Assembly (NCBI GenBank): GCA_965215185.1
Contig: OZ244034.1
Coordinates: forward strand, 2,880,001-2,944,000
Source of the DNA: Acidimicrobiia bacterium
Lineage (GTDB): Bacteria; Actinomycetota; Acidimicrobiia; Spongiisociales; ZC4RG35
Length of the DNA: 64,000 nt
Reading direction: 5' to 3'
This document shows positions 1-9,500 of this stretch, piece after piece (within the stretch, counting starts at the first letter, position 1; the number at the start of each line of letters is the position of its first letter). The notes below the pieces were generated by a model. The model made no database searches. It had not been told where the DNA came from and saw only the letters and a program-made list of their open reading frames with translations. The position numbers were made by a program, and so were the translations under genes.

Positions 1-1
1 G

Positions 2-3000
2 GGCCTCACCCAGTACGGCGCCAAAGGGATGGCGCAGCAGGGCTACACCTCCACCCAGATTCTCGAGCATTTCTACCAGGGATCATCTGTTGAGAACCTT
101 GCCGACGCCATACCCGGCTCCTGGGTGGTCACCGAGTCGATGCCGATCTGGGTGGGTATCAGACAGAATCGCACCGAGTTCACCTTCGTGGTCAGCACCG
201 GGCGAGTGAAAGTCTGCTTCGACGACGATTACAACTCCTATCCGTTGTTGGCGGCCGGGTCAGCGCCGGATCGTGATAACACTTTCACCGATCTCCTGCT
301 CAACAGGTTGGCCGATCTGGGGTACTTGCAGGGGGCGCCCGGGACTTTCAACGAGACGGTGCGGGAAGCGGTGATCTCCTTTCAGGCCGCCCAGGGTCTG
401 GAGGCGGACGGGGCGGTGGGCGGCCAAACCTGGCAGACCCTTGTGCAGGGAAGCGGTTTGTCCGATTGCGCCGGCGCCTATTACCTGAACAGTGGGGAGG
501 AGCTGGTAGTGACCGCCGAGGGGGACGGGTCCTGCTCCACCAATCTGGTGGGAGTGGCCGGGCAGTGCCGATTGAGCATTCAGGATCTCTCGCACGACAA
601 CCGGGTTGGTCTGCGGGGCCTCAATTACGCGGGTGAGATGACGCAGTTCATCCATGGTCACATACGAATACGCTCCAGCGGCGCAAGGATGCACTTTTCG
701 TTGCAACTGGACATAGAGGACTATGTGGCGGGCATCGCCGAGATCCCCACCTCCTGGATGGATGTGGCTTTGGAAGCCCAGGCCATAGCGGCCCGGTCCT
801 ATGCCATTTACGGCATGCTGAGACGGGGTTCGGAGACATCTTTCAGTAGCTCTCGGAAATCGGCTTGCTGGTGCCATGTTGTAAGCGACACGCGTGATCA
901 GGTATACGCCGGATGGAACAGGGAGATACAAGACGGCGGCCGGTGGGAGATGGTGGGAGCGCGTCCGACGGCCGGCCGGGTGGTGACCCATCCCGAGGAG
1001 GAAGTGACGGTTGTTCAGGCTTTCTACTCGTCCTCCAGCGGCGGGGCCACCGAAGATTCCTCCGCGCTTTGGGGTACCGCCGGGAGGCCCTATCTGGTCT
1101 CGGTGGAGGATCCGTGGTCGATTGACCCCAATGTGAACCCCAACGCCTTCTGGTCGAGTAGCCTCTCGCTCTCCCGTTTGCTTACAACCTATGGCTTGGC
1201 TGGCCAGTTCGATGATGTCATCTCGGTCAGCACGGTTCCTTACCCGTGGGGCAGCGCCCAGTTTGTGACGGTGGTCGGAATCAAGGGGGGAAGCAGGGTA
1301 ACCGAAAGGGCCTCGGCCTCGACTTTAAGGTCCTCTCTGCGGTTGAGGTCGAAGTACTTTGAGATCGACTATCTGGCCGACTGGTGGGCCCCGCCCCCGG
1401 CGCCCACCGGGGTGGCTGTAACAGGTGGGGCGGCAGCCACGGTGAGTTGGGACCCGGTTCCTTCGCGCTTTGCTCCAGAGAGCTACACGGTGACCGCTAA
1501 TCCCTCCCACGCCGATCCGATCACGGTAGGCGGTTCCCAGACCAGCGCAGTGTTCGGGGGCCTTCGTGCGGGAGTGGATTACAGCTTCACAGTGACGGCC
1601 ACCAATCAGATAGGAACCAGTCCATCCTCGGCAGCGACCGCTCCCAGGGTGGTGATCGCTGAGAATCCTTATCCCGGTGAGCCACTTCGGGAAGGGAGCC
1701 GAGGCGAGACGGTTCGGGTGTGGCAGGAGGCTCTCGGGATTGGGGCGGATGGTGACTTCGGCCCGGGGACCAGCGCCGCAACCCGCCAGTGGCAGCAGGC
1801 CAACGGTCTGGTCGCCGACGGGATCGTGGGGGAGGAGTCCTGGAACAAGATGTTCTCCTCGCCTCCATCCACCGAGACTCCGGAAGAGACGGAGACCGGG
1901 GGTGAGACTGAGACGGAACCCGAAACAGAGACCGAGGAAACCGAGCCTGAGGAGACCGAATCAGACGTTCCCAGCTACCCGGGCTTCCTGTTGAGGGTTG
2001 GTAGCCAGGGCAAGTGGGTGAGGACCTGGCAGTCCGCCCTGGGTCTGTTCTCCGACGGCTATTTCGGGTCGGACACAGCCCAGGCCACCCGAGAGTGGCA
2101 ACGGGCCAATGGTCTGGAGCCCGACGGGATAGTTGGCATGAAGAGTTGGCAGACCATGTTCCCCGGCGCCGGGGTGGAACGACCTACGCCTCCACCTGCC
2201 ATCGGAGATGACGGCGAGGATCCAACCGACGACGGCACGGAGTCCACGGGGAGCGACGGCGCCGATACCGGTGCCCGCCCGGGAGTCCCCTCCTTTCCGG
2301 GCAGCCCTCTCAAGTTGGGATCACAGGGCCTCGACGTAATCGTCTGGCAGCGGGCTTTGGGAATCGCGGCAGATGGATACTTCGGCCCGGCAACGCTGTC
2401 CGCCACCAAGGCTTGGCAGTACCGCCAAAACCTGATGGCCGATGGAGTGGTAGGCCTCGATTCCTGGCTGAAGATGTTCCCCGGCGCAGGTGTGAAGGAG
2501 GGTGGTTCCTCCGCGCCCGAGGAAAGCGATAATGACAGTGCGGCTGAAGAGGCGCCTCCCTATCCCGGCCGGCCCCTGAGAACAGGATCGCGAGGCGCCG
2601 ATGTTGTGATTTGGCAACGGGCGCTGGGCATTGCAGCCGACGGCTACTTCGGGTCCCAGACCGACCGGGCCACCAGGAACTGGCAACGGGCCAAGGGTCT
2701 TGACGCCGACGGGATTGTTGGTCTCACCTCCTGGCAGAGGATGTTCTCGGGAGCGGGCCAGGCGGGTTCTACGGTAAGCCGGCCATCATCGGTGTTACTG
2801 GAATTGGGGAGCACCGGAGAGATGGTGGAGAAGTGGCAGAGGGCTTTGGGGATCGATGTGACTGGTGTGTTTGATGACAATACGGTGGCGCATACCAAGT
2901 ATTGGCAGCGTACTCAGGGGATCGCCGCCGACGGCAGAGTCACCGAAACGTCTTGGGCTCGCATGTTCCCAGAAGAAGACGTGCCTGAAGGTGACGACCG

Positions 3001-3262
3001 ACCGTCCGGTTCCGACGACTCCTCCACCGACGGCGCCGGAGATACTCAACCGCCGGAACGCCCGCACTTGGAAGTTCTGGAATTGGGGAGCACCGGGGAC
3101 AGAGTGGAGAAGTGGCAGAGGGCTTTGGGGATCGATGTGACTGGTGTGTTTGATGACAATACGGTGGCGCATACCAAGTATTGGCAGCGTACTCAGGGGA
3201 TCGCCGCCGACGGCAGAGTCACCGAAACATCTTGGTACCGTATGTTTCCTGATGAGGAATGA
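2..3262 (+). CDS. SpoIID/LytB-domain peptidoglycan hydrolase with FN3 and ~7 peptidoglycan-binding domains (5'-partial)
   Basis: Frame is open from base 2 (GLTQYGAKGMAQQGY..ILEHFY, a SpoIID motif). Also EDYVAGIAE, ALEAQAIAARSYA, DQVY, FYSSSSGGATE and LRSKYF. FN3 repeat; repeated LxxGSxG..WQxALG..DG.FG..T..WQ...GL.ADG.VG..SW PGBD units. Confidence 0.85.
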   Translation, partial: GLTQYGAKGMAQQGYTSTQILEHFYQGSSVENLADAIPGSWVVTESMPIWVGIRQNRTEFTFVVSTGRVKVCFDDDYNSYPLLAAGSAPDRDNTFTDLLLNRLADLGYLQGAPGTFNETVREAVISFQAAQGLEADGAVGGQTWQTLVQGSGLSDCAGAYYLNSGEELVVTAEGDGSCSTNLVGVAGQCRLSIQDLSHDNRVGLRGLNYAGEMTQFIHGHIRIRSSGARMHFSLQLDIEDYVAGIAEIPTSWMDVALEAQAIAARSYAIYGMLRRGSETSFSSSRKSACWCHVVSDTRDQVYAGWNREIQDGGRWEMVGARPTAGRVVTHPEEEVTVVQAFYSSSSGGATEDSSALWGTAGRPYLVSVEDPWSIDPNVNPNAFWSSSLSLSRLLTTYGLAGQFDDVISVSTVPYPWGSAQFVTVVGIKGGSRVTERASASTLRSSLRLRSKYFEIDYLADWWAPPPAPTGVAVTGGAAATVSWDPVPSRFAPESYTVTANPSHADPITVGGSQTSAVFGGLRAGVDYSFTVTATNQIGTSPSSAATAPRVVIAENPYPGEPLREGSRGETVRVWQEALGIGADGDFGPGTSAATRQWQQANGLVADGIVGEESWNKMFSSPPSTETPEETETGGETETEPETETEETEPEETESDVPSYPGFLLRVGSQGKWVRTWQSALGLFSDGYFGSDTAQATREWQRANGLEPDGIVGMKSWQTMFPGAGVERPTPPPAIGDDGEDPTDDGTESTGSDGADTGARPGVPSFPGSPLKLGSQGLDVIVWQRALGIAADGYFGPATLSATKAWQYRQNLMADGVVGLDSWLKMFPGAGVKEGGSSAPEESDNDSAAEEAPPYPGRPLRTGSRGADVVIWQRALGIAADGYFGSQTDRATRNWQRAKGLDADGIVGLTSWQRMFSGAGQAGSTVSRPSSVLLELGSTGEMVEKWQRALGIDVTGVFDDNTVAHTKYWQRTQGIAADGRVTETSWARMFPEEDVPEGDDRPSGSDDSSTDGAGDTQPPERPHLEVLELGSTGDRVEKWQRALGIDVTGVFDDNTVAHTKYWQRTQGIAADGRVTETSWYRMFPDEE
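2798..3235 (+). repeat. Near-identical ~159-bp direct repeat (2798-2956 and 3077-3235) encoding the last two PGBDs
   Basis: Both copies read CTGGAATTGGGGAGCACCGG...CACCGAAAC.TCTTGG with a 279-bp offset and only a few mismatches. Confidence 0.95.
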
Positions 3263-5180
3263 ATCTTTAGCTGTAGCGGTTGTCAAAGGCCTGGCAATGG
3301 ACGCCGTCCAACGGGCCAACTCCGGACACCCGGGTATGCCGATGGGAATGGCCGATATAGCGGTGACGCTCTGGTCGCGTTTCATCAAGGTGGATCCTGA
3401 TTGCCCCACGTGGCCGGACCGGGACCGTTTCGTTCTATCCAATGGCCACGGCTCTATGTTGCTCTACGCCATGTTGCACCTGTCGGGGTTCCCGATCACC
3501 ATGGAAGATCTGAAGAACTTCCGCCAATGGGGCTCTCCCACCGCCGGCCATCCGGAGCGAGAGCCGGAATTGGGCATCGAAACCACCACCGGGCCTCTCG
3601 GTCAGGGCTTTGCCAACGGGGTGGGAATGGCCATTGCAGAGGAGCATCTGCGCGCCCGGCTGGGCGCCGACCAGGTGGATCATTACACCTACGGATTCGT
3701 CTCCGACGGCGACCTCATGGAGGGCGTGGCGGCCGAGGCTGCGTCGTTGGCGGGGCACCTCGGTTTGGGAAGGCTCATCTACTACTACGACGACAACGGC
3801 ATCTCGATCGACGGAACCACCGACATCACTTTCTCCGAGGATGTCGACGCAAGATTTCGGGCTTTGGGATGGCACACCGTCCTGGTGGACGGCCACGATC
3901 GGGAGGCGGTGGCAGAGGCGACTCTGCAGGCTTTGCATACCCAGGAACAACCATCTCTGATCATCTGCTGTACCCACATCGCGGCGGGCGCTCCCAACAA
4001 GGTGGACACACCCGGGGCCCATGGGGCGCCGCTGGGCGTGGAAGAGGTGAGACTGGCCAAGGAGAACATCGGGATTCCACCCGATGAGGATTTCTGGGCG
4101 CCATTGGAGGTTTACAGTTTCATGTCCGACGCTATGGAGCGGGGGAGGGCTGCCCGTCGGGAGTGGGAAAGCCGGGAACGCACCGCCGATTGGCAAACCT
4201 TGCACACCATTGCACCGGTGAAGCTGGATTCCCCGGGATTCGAGCCCGGCGCTAGCGTGGCCACCCGGAACGCGTCAGGAAAGCTCTTCGGTCAGATCGG
4301 TCGGAAGGTGCCCGGTTTGATCGGAGGAGCGGCTGATCTGGTCGAGTCAACCAAGACAGTGCTCCCCGGCGAGGCGGGATTCTCCCGCTCCAACCGGCTG
4401 GGTCGCAACCTTCACTTTGGAATCAGGGAACACGGCATGGGTGGAATCGTCAACGGCATGGCTCTCCACGGGGGAGTACGACCTTACGGTTCCACCTTCT
4501 TTGTCTTCACCGACTACATGCGGCCATCCATCCGGCTTTCAGCTCTGATGGGACTTCCCTGTATATGGGTGATGACCCACGACTCCATCATGCTGGGGGA
4601 GGACGGTCCCACCCACCAGCCCGTCGAGCATCTGGCCAGCCTGCGGGCCATGCCCGGCCTGTGGGTGATTCGGCCCGCCGACGCAACCGAATCGGTGGAG
4701 GCTTGGGAGATGGCCCTCAACCGTACCGTCGGGCCGACCCTTTTGGTGTTCAGCCGGCAGGGTCTTGCGGTACTGGACAGGTCCGGCACAGAGGGCATGA
4801 CCGCCCGGGGTGGCTACGTGGTACGTTCCGGGAAGGATGTGGTGATCATGGCCACCGGATCCGAGGTGTCGGTGGCGCTGGGCGCTTCGCAAATCCTGGA
4901 GTCACACGGCGTATCGGCGAGGGTGGTCAGTCTTCCCTGTTGGGAGGCGTTCGAGGCGCAGGAACCCGATTACCGGCGAGAGGTGTTGGGAGAAGGCATT
5001 CCCAGGGTGTCGGTAGAGGCAGGGGCCACGTTCGGCTGGGAGAGGATGGTGGGATCCGACGGACTGTTGATCGGAATTGACCGGTTCGGAGCGTCGGCCC
5101 CGCAAAAGGTTCTGGCCCAAAAGTTCGGCTTCGACCCCCAAACCGTTGCCGAGCGGGTGTTGTCCCACCTCTCCGATTAG
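3252..5180 (+). CDS. tkt: Transketolase
   Basis: ANSGHPGMPMG, DRFVLSNGH, TTTGPLGQG, SDGDLMEG, FGIREHGM, GEDGPTHQPVEH. Start re-set to ATG 3252 because the upstream extension is only the PGBD repeat. Confidence 0.97.
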   Translation: MRNESLAVAVVKGLAMDAVQRANSGHPGMPMGMADIAVTLWSRFIKVDPDCPTWPDRDRFVLSNGHGSMLLYAMLHLSGFPITMEDLKNFRQWGSPTAGHPEREPELGIETTTGPLGQGFANGVGMAIAEEHLRARLGADQVDHYTYGFVSDGDLMEGVAAEAASLAGHLGLGRLIYYYDDNGISIDGTTDITFSEDVDARFRALGWHTVLVDGHDREAVAEATLQALHTQEQPSLIICCTHIAAGAPNKVDTPGAHGAPLGVEEVRLAKENIGIPPDEDFWAPLEVYSFMSDAMERGRAARREWESRERTADWQTLHTIAPVKLDSPGFEPGASVATRNASGKLFGQIGRKVPGLIGGAADLVESTKTVLPGEAGFSRSNRLGRNLHFGIREHGMGGIVNGMALHGGVRPYGSTFFVFTDYMRPSIRLSALMGLPCIWVMTHDSIMLGEDGPTHQPVEHLASLRAMPGLWVIRPADATESVEAWEMALNRTVGPTLLVFSRQGLAVLDRSGTEGMTARGGYVVRSGKDVVIMATGSEVSVALGASQILESHGVSARVVSLPCWEAFEAQEPDYRREVLGEGIPRVSVEAGATFGWERMVGSDGLLIGIDRFGASAPQKVLAQKFGFDPQTVAERVLSHLSD

Positions 5181-5186
5181 CGATCG

Positions 5187-5849
5187 GTGATCCCCGCCGG
5201 CGCAACTTTCGGTCCTGCCGCCTTCATGGCTGCCTGGGCCGGCGGATTGGCTCTTACTCTGCCCTTGGCGGTCCGGTGGAAGGTAGCCAAGCGGGGGTAC
5301 CAGATGCTGGGAGCGGGGACAGCCGCGTTGTTGATGGCCTATCCGGCTTTGCGGTCCTGGTGGGCTGCAATCGGTTTGGCGGCGGTGTTGGTGGCTGTTT
5401 GGAGGTCAGACCGGCGCGAGTACTCTCCGCTGGTGGCGCTGTCTGCGGTTCTGGTGCTGGTCCCCTCGGTGATCACGGCCGGATTGGTGTCGACCATCGC
5501 CGGAGCTACGGCATTGGGGGGTATTACCGCCACCATGTTGCTGGGTCACTGGTTCCTAGTGGATCCCACCCTTCCCCGCTGGGCGTTGCGCCGTCTGGAT
5601 CTGCTGGCCGGGGTCGGCCTGGTTCTGAGCCTGTTGGCCGGCTGGCTAGATGGAGCCGTGCCCTATGACGGGGGCGCGTTGGGCTGGACTCTTGCTGTCC
5701 TCTCCCTGGTGAGCGCCGCGCTGGTGGTGGCCACCTGGTTTTCCCTGGGTGAAACCGGCTACTCTGGAGTGATGGCCGCAACGGGCCTGTCTTACCTGGG
5801 TGTGGTCACGGTAGCAGGTGTGGTTTTTCTCAGTCGTCTTATGGTGTAG
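5187..5849 (+). CDS. Hypothetical multi-pass membrane protein
   Basis: 220 aa, several hydrophobic segments, MLLGHWFLV and SGVMAATGLSY motifs; follows tkt by 6 bp. Confidence 0.7.
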   Translation: MIPAGATFGPAAFMAAWAGGLALTLPLAVRWKVAKRGYQMLGAGTAALLMAYPALRSWWAAIGLAAVLVAVWRSDRREYSPLVALSAVLVLVPSVITAGLVSTIAGATALGGITATMLLGHWFLVDPTLPRWALRRLDLLAGVGLVLSLLAGWLDGAVPYDGGALGWTLAVLSLVSAALVVATWFSLGETGYSGVMAATGLSYLGVVTVAGVVFLSRLMV

Positions 5850-5921
5850 CCAAACCGGGTCTGAGTACACGACATCGTGCTACACCGAAATAGTGGAACG
5901 TACATTTAGAGGGGGTTAACC

Positions 5922-6072
5922 ATGCGAAACGTGACTATCACTTTGGATGAAGAAACGGCGCGGTGGGCCCGCGTAGAAGCCGGCGATGCGGGGCACCAGC
6001 GTTTCCCGTCTTGTTGGGGAAATGTTGCGGGAGCACATGGAGAGCGTGGCAACCTATGAGGGGGCGCCCAGC
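5922..6072 (+). pseudogene. Frameshifted ribbon-helix-helix (CopG/VapB-like) antitoxin
   Basis: RBS GAGGGGG, then MRNVTITLDEETARWARVEA, continuing in another frame as AMRGTSVSRLVGEMLREHM after an extra base near 5980. Inverted repeat CACGA-CA-TCGTG upstream (~5868-5879). No toxin gene follows. Confidence 0.7.
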
Positions 6073-6074
6073 TT

Positions 6075-6357
6075 TTATATCCGCCGCGAAGCAACGGTTC
6101 TGAAGATAGCAGGCGGGATGATCCGCTCGAACAGCGGTGAACATCATCATGCGGTCATACAGAGACAGGTTCCAATCGGACGGGAACTTCTCCACTTCGG
6201 GATTGTGGTGCTCTTTCCACCACAGGTAGGTGCCTCTCCAGGACTCCAAGTTGGCGTTGTACAGCTCGGCGCACATACGAAAGATCTGGTCAAGGCGACG
6301 ATGTCCCGAAGGGGACAACTTAGCGGACACCCGCACCGTCTCAAACCAAGGATTCAT
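6075..6357 (-). mobile_element. tnpB: IS200/IS605-family TnpB remnant (N-terminal ~81 aa only)
   Basis: TVRVSAKLSPSGHRRLDQIFRMCAELYNANLESWRGTY resembles the HTH_OrfB_IS605 N-terminus. No RuvC or zinc-finger part follows. Confidence 0.65.
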
Positions 6358-6366
6358 GCGCTACAC

Positions 6367-6388
6367 AGAATACCGAAAGGGTGTGACA
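6367..6388 (-). promoter_or_regulatory. TGTCAC-N10-TATTCT promoter (PafBC/RecA-NDp-like) upstream of tnpB
   Basis: Minus strand reads TGTCAC accctttcgg TATTCT, 9 nt before the ATG at 6357. Confidence 0.6.
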
Positions 6389-6526
6389 ATACTCGGGCAG
6401 TCAGCGTGCGTAAGCCTCAAAACATGCCTGTCAACCCAAGTATATAAATCCCTTTTGAATCCCTTTGTGCACGAACCGCGAAGCTTTCTCACAGGCCCAT
6501 AGGTTGCCTTGTTGGGCTGAGTGTGT

Positions 6527-9500
6527 TTAGTTGGGTTGGGGGATGAAGGAGGTGTTGCCGGGTCCCCAGATGTGAGGTCGGATGGCTACTCCGTTGATGA
6601 ACACCGCAGCCTCGGCGCGGGTGGCGTCCCGGTCGGGACAGAATAGATCGGGTCCGCAACCGGGCACGACCTGGAAATCGGTTAACCACGCGGCGCTGAC
6701 CGCGTAAAAGGCATCGATTTCGATGTCAGTATGAGAAGGTACCGTTCCGATGTAATCGGCTTCGGTGTGCCGGTATAGCAGGGTGGCCATCTGTCCGCGG
6801 GTGACGGACTGGGTGGGGCAGAAGCGCCAGTCGGGGTCGCCGAATTCGCCTGGGGTGCATCCTCGGGTTACTCCGTTGGCGACCGCCCAGCCGATCGGTT
6901 CTTCGGCGTACACCCCTTGGCGTACGTCGGTGAAGGCTTCGGATCCCAGGTACGGCGGGGCTGGTTGTCCGGCTGCTCGCCATAGGAAGGTGACGAATTG
7001 TTGCCGGGTGAGGTTGGCGTCGGGGCAGAACATGGTGGTAGTGCATCCTCGGGTTACTTCGTGGAGGATCATCCACGACACCGCCGATTCGTACCAGACT
7101 CCAGCCGGAACATCGGTGAACAGTTCAGAAGCTCCCGGCGGAAGTTCATCACCACCACCCTCATCAAAACCTCCACCTCCACCACCCCCTCCACCTCCCC
7201 CTCCACCGCCTCCACCACCTCCACCACCTCCACCACCTCCACCACCTCCACCACCTCGGATGGTTACGGTAACGGTCCCCACGATTTGCCCGTTATGTTC
7301 GGCTTCGATAACGATCGTCTCGGTGGATTCCGTCTGACTGTCGGTCAGGGCTGTGATCGTTGCGGCCCCTGAGGTTTCCCCGCCGGAAATAGTGATTGCG
7401 GGAGGGGTGATTGTGTAGTCGACTCCCTCTATTGCGGAACCCCCGATTACCCGGAGGGTCACAGTTTGGTCTCCGGGAAAGGTACGGGCGTTCCCGGTTG
7501 TTGCGGTTAGGGTGGCCCTTGAACCTTCGCTGATCTGTGAAGGCGCCACGGATAGAGTGATCTCGGGCACCGGGTCGTTGGTGACTGCATCTGCACTCTT
7601 GTTGGGTCCCTCCCTATCGTCATAGGTGGCAACGGCCCGTAGATAGTGGTCTTGGTCGTCGGTTGTCGGTGTGTAGGTGTGGGATGTGGCGCCGTCAATC
7701 AGGGTCCCGTTGGCAAACCGGCTGAGTGAACGTCGCCAGGACCAGGTGAGATCGGACACTCCGCCGTCGGGATCTTCCAGTTCAGCCTTGAGGGGGCGTC
7801 CTACCTGTGGTGGGTCCGAGGGCAGGGTGACGGTTCCGTCCTCGTCCAGGTTCTCGATGTTGACAGTGACCGTGATGGTGTCTGACAACCCGGATAGATC
7901 AGTGGCGGTGACTCTTACCGTGTATCGGCTCCGTTGCTCGAAGTCCGGTTCCGTCTTGGTTCGGAGTTGACCGGTTGAGTCATTGATATCCAGCAGCGTG
8001 GCGTGAGAGCCGCTGAGGGTGTAGGTCAGCCGGTCGTTGTTGTCCGGGTCGTCTGATTCCACTGGCAGGCCGATATCCATGCCCGGTGGGGTGTTCTCTT
8101 CGATGCTGCGGACGCCTGTTTCCGAGAGTGGGAAGTCCGGTGCTCGGTTACTGACCGGTTTGGCCTGTACTCGGTTGTCCGAGACGATCTCGAGAGGCTT
8201 GACGGTGCCGTGGTCGGTGTAGGACACCGAGACTCGGAGATATTTGCCGACATCTGCGGCTACCGGTCGGTAGGAGTTTGATGCAGCGCCGTCGACAAGC
8301 AACCAGGGGCCGTTGCGGTTGGTGGAACTGTGCCACTCCCAGGTAGCTGCAGTGACGCCGTCGGGATCGATCAACGTGGCAGTCAACCGGCTGTCCTCTT
8401 GGGGCTGGTCCGTTGACAGGGTGAAGGACTCCTCCTCGTTTTCGTTGGTAACGTTCACGGTGACATCGATGCCTTTGGTAATTGCTCCGTCGGAGGCTTC
8501 GACCGTTACCAGATAGGTGTTGTCCCGGTTGGCGTCGGCCGGGTTCTCATAGTCGGGCGGGGCGGAGAAGTGCAGCCCTCCATTTTCGTCTATGGTGAAG
8601 TCACCGCTATCGGGGCCGGCCGGCTTCCAGGTGAAGCTGTCGTGGTTCTCCGGATCCATTACGCTATACCCAGCTACTTCTACGGTGCCGTTCTCCGTGT
8701 AATCGATATCGGTTTGACCGATGACCTCATGGGCTTCGTTCTGGTTGGTCACCGTGACTGTGATATCCAAGCTGCCGTCATCGTTTCCATCGGAGGCGAC
8801 AACTGTGATCTCATAGGTGTTATCCCCGTCGTCATCGCGCCGTACTTCGAAGTCGGGTGGAGATCGGAAGCTCGGGGAAAACACGTTGTTTGTCAAGACA
8901 AAATCAAAAAGAGCGTCGTCGGGTCCAGTTATGTCCCAGTTTTGGATCGGTTCACGTTCTGGGTCTGTCGCGCTATAGGTACCGATCGGCCGATCGCCGT
9001 TCTCGGTATAGAAGACGGTGGTCTGTCCGGTCACAATCGGCTTCTCGTCAACATCAAGTACCTTGATGGCAACGTCGATGGTGTCATCGATGCGAGTGTC
9101 GGTTACATCGTGTATGTTCTTCTGGTCGCTGACCCTCACCCCTACCGAATAGTTGTCCCGCGTATCTGCGTCCAGTGACGTTCCGACGTCCACCGAGATC
9201 TGTCCGGTGGCGGTATCCAAATCAAAGAATCGGGAGTCGGTGCCCGTGAGGGAGTAGGTCAGGGTATCACCATCAGTGTCTATCGCCTCGACGGGTAAGC
9301 CGACAAGGGCTTCAGCGGGAGAATTCTCTTCGATCTCCCTGTCTGCGTCGTCACCTTCTTCGAAGTAGGGATCGACGTTGAGGACCGGCGTGCCCTCCTT
9401 GGTTGCCGACCACGGCCCGTCACCCTCGCTGTTTTTCGCCCGTAGCTGAACATCGTACTTCTTATTCGTCTCCAGACTTGTGATTGTGTACTCCCGGGCC

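Noticed and set aside
2798-3235. CRISPR-like or DGR template/variable repeat pair
   Set aside because: Two in-frame coding copies of one domain; no spacers, no A-specific mismatch pattern and no reverse transcriptase in the window.
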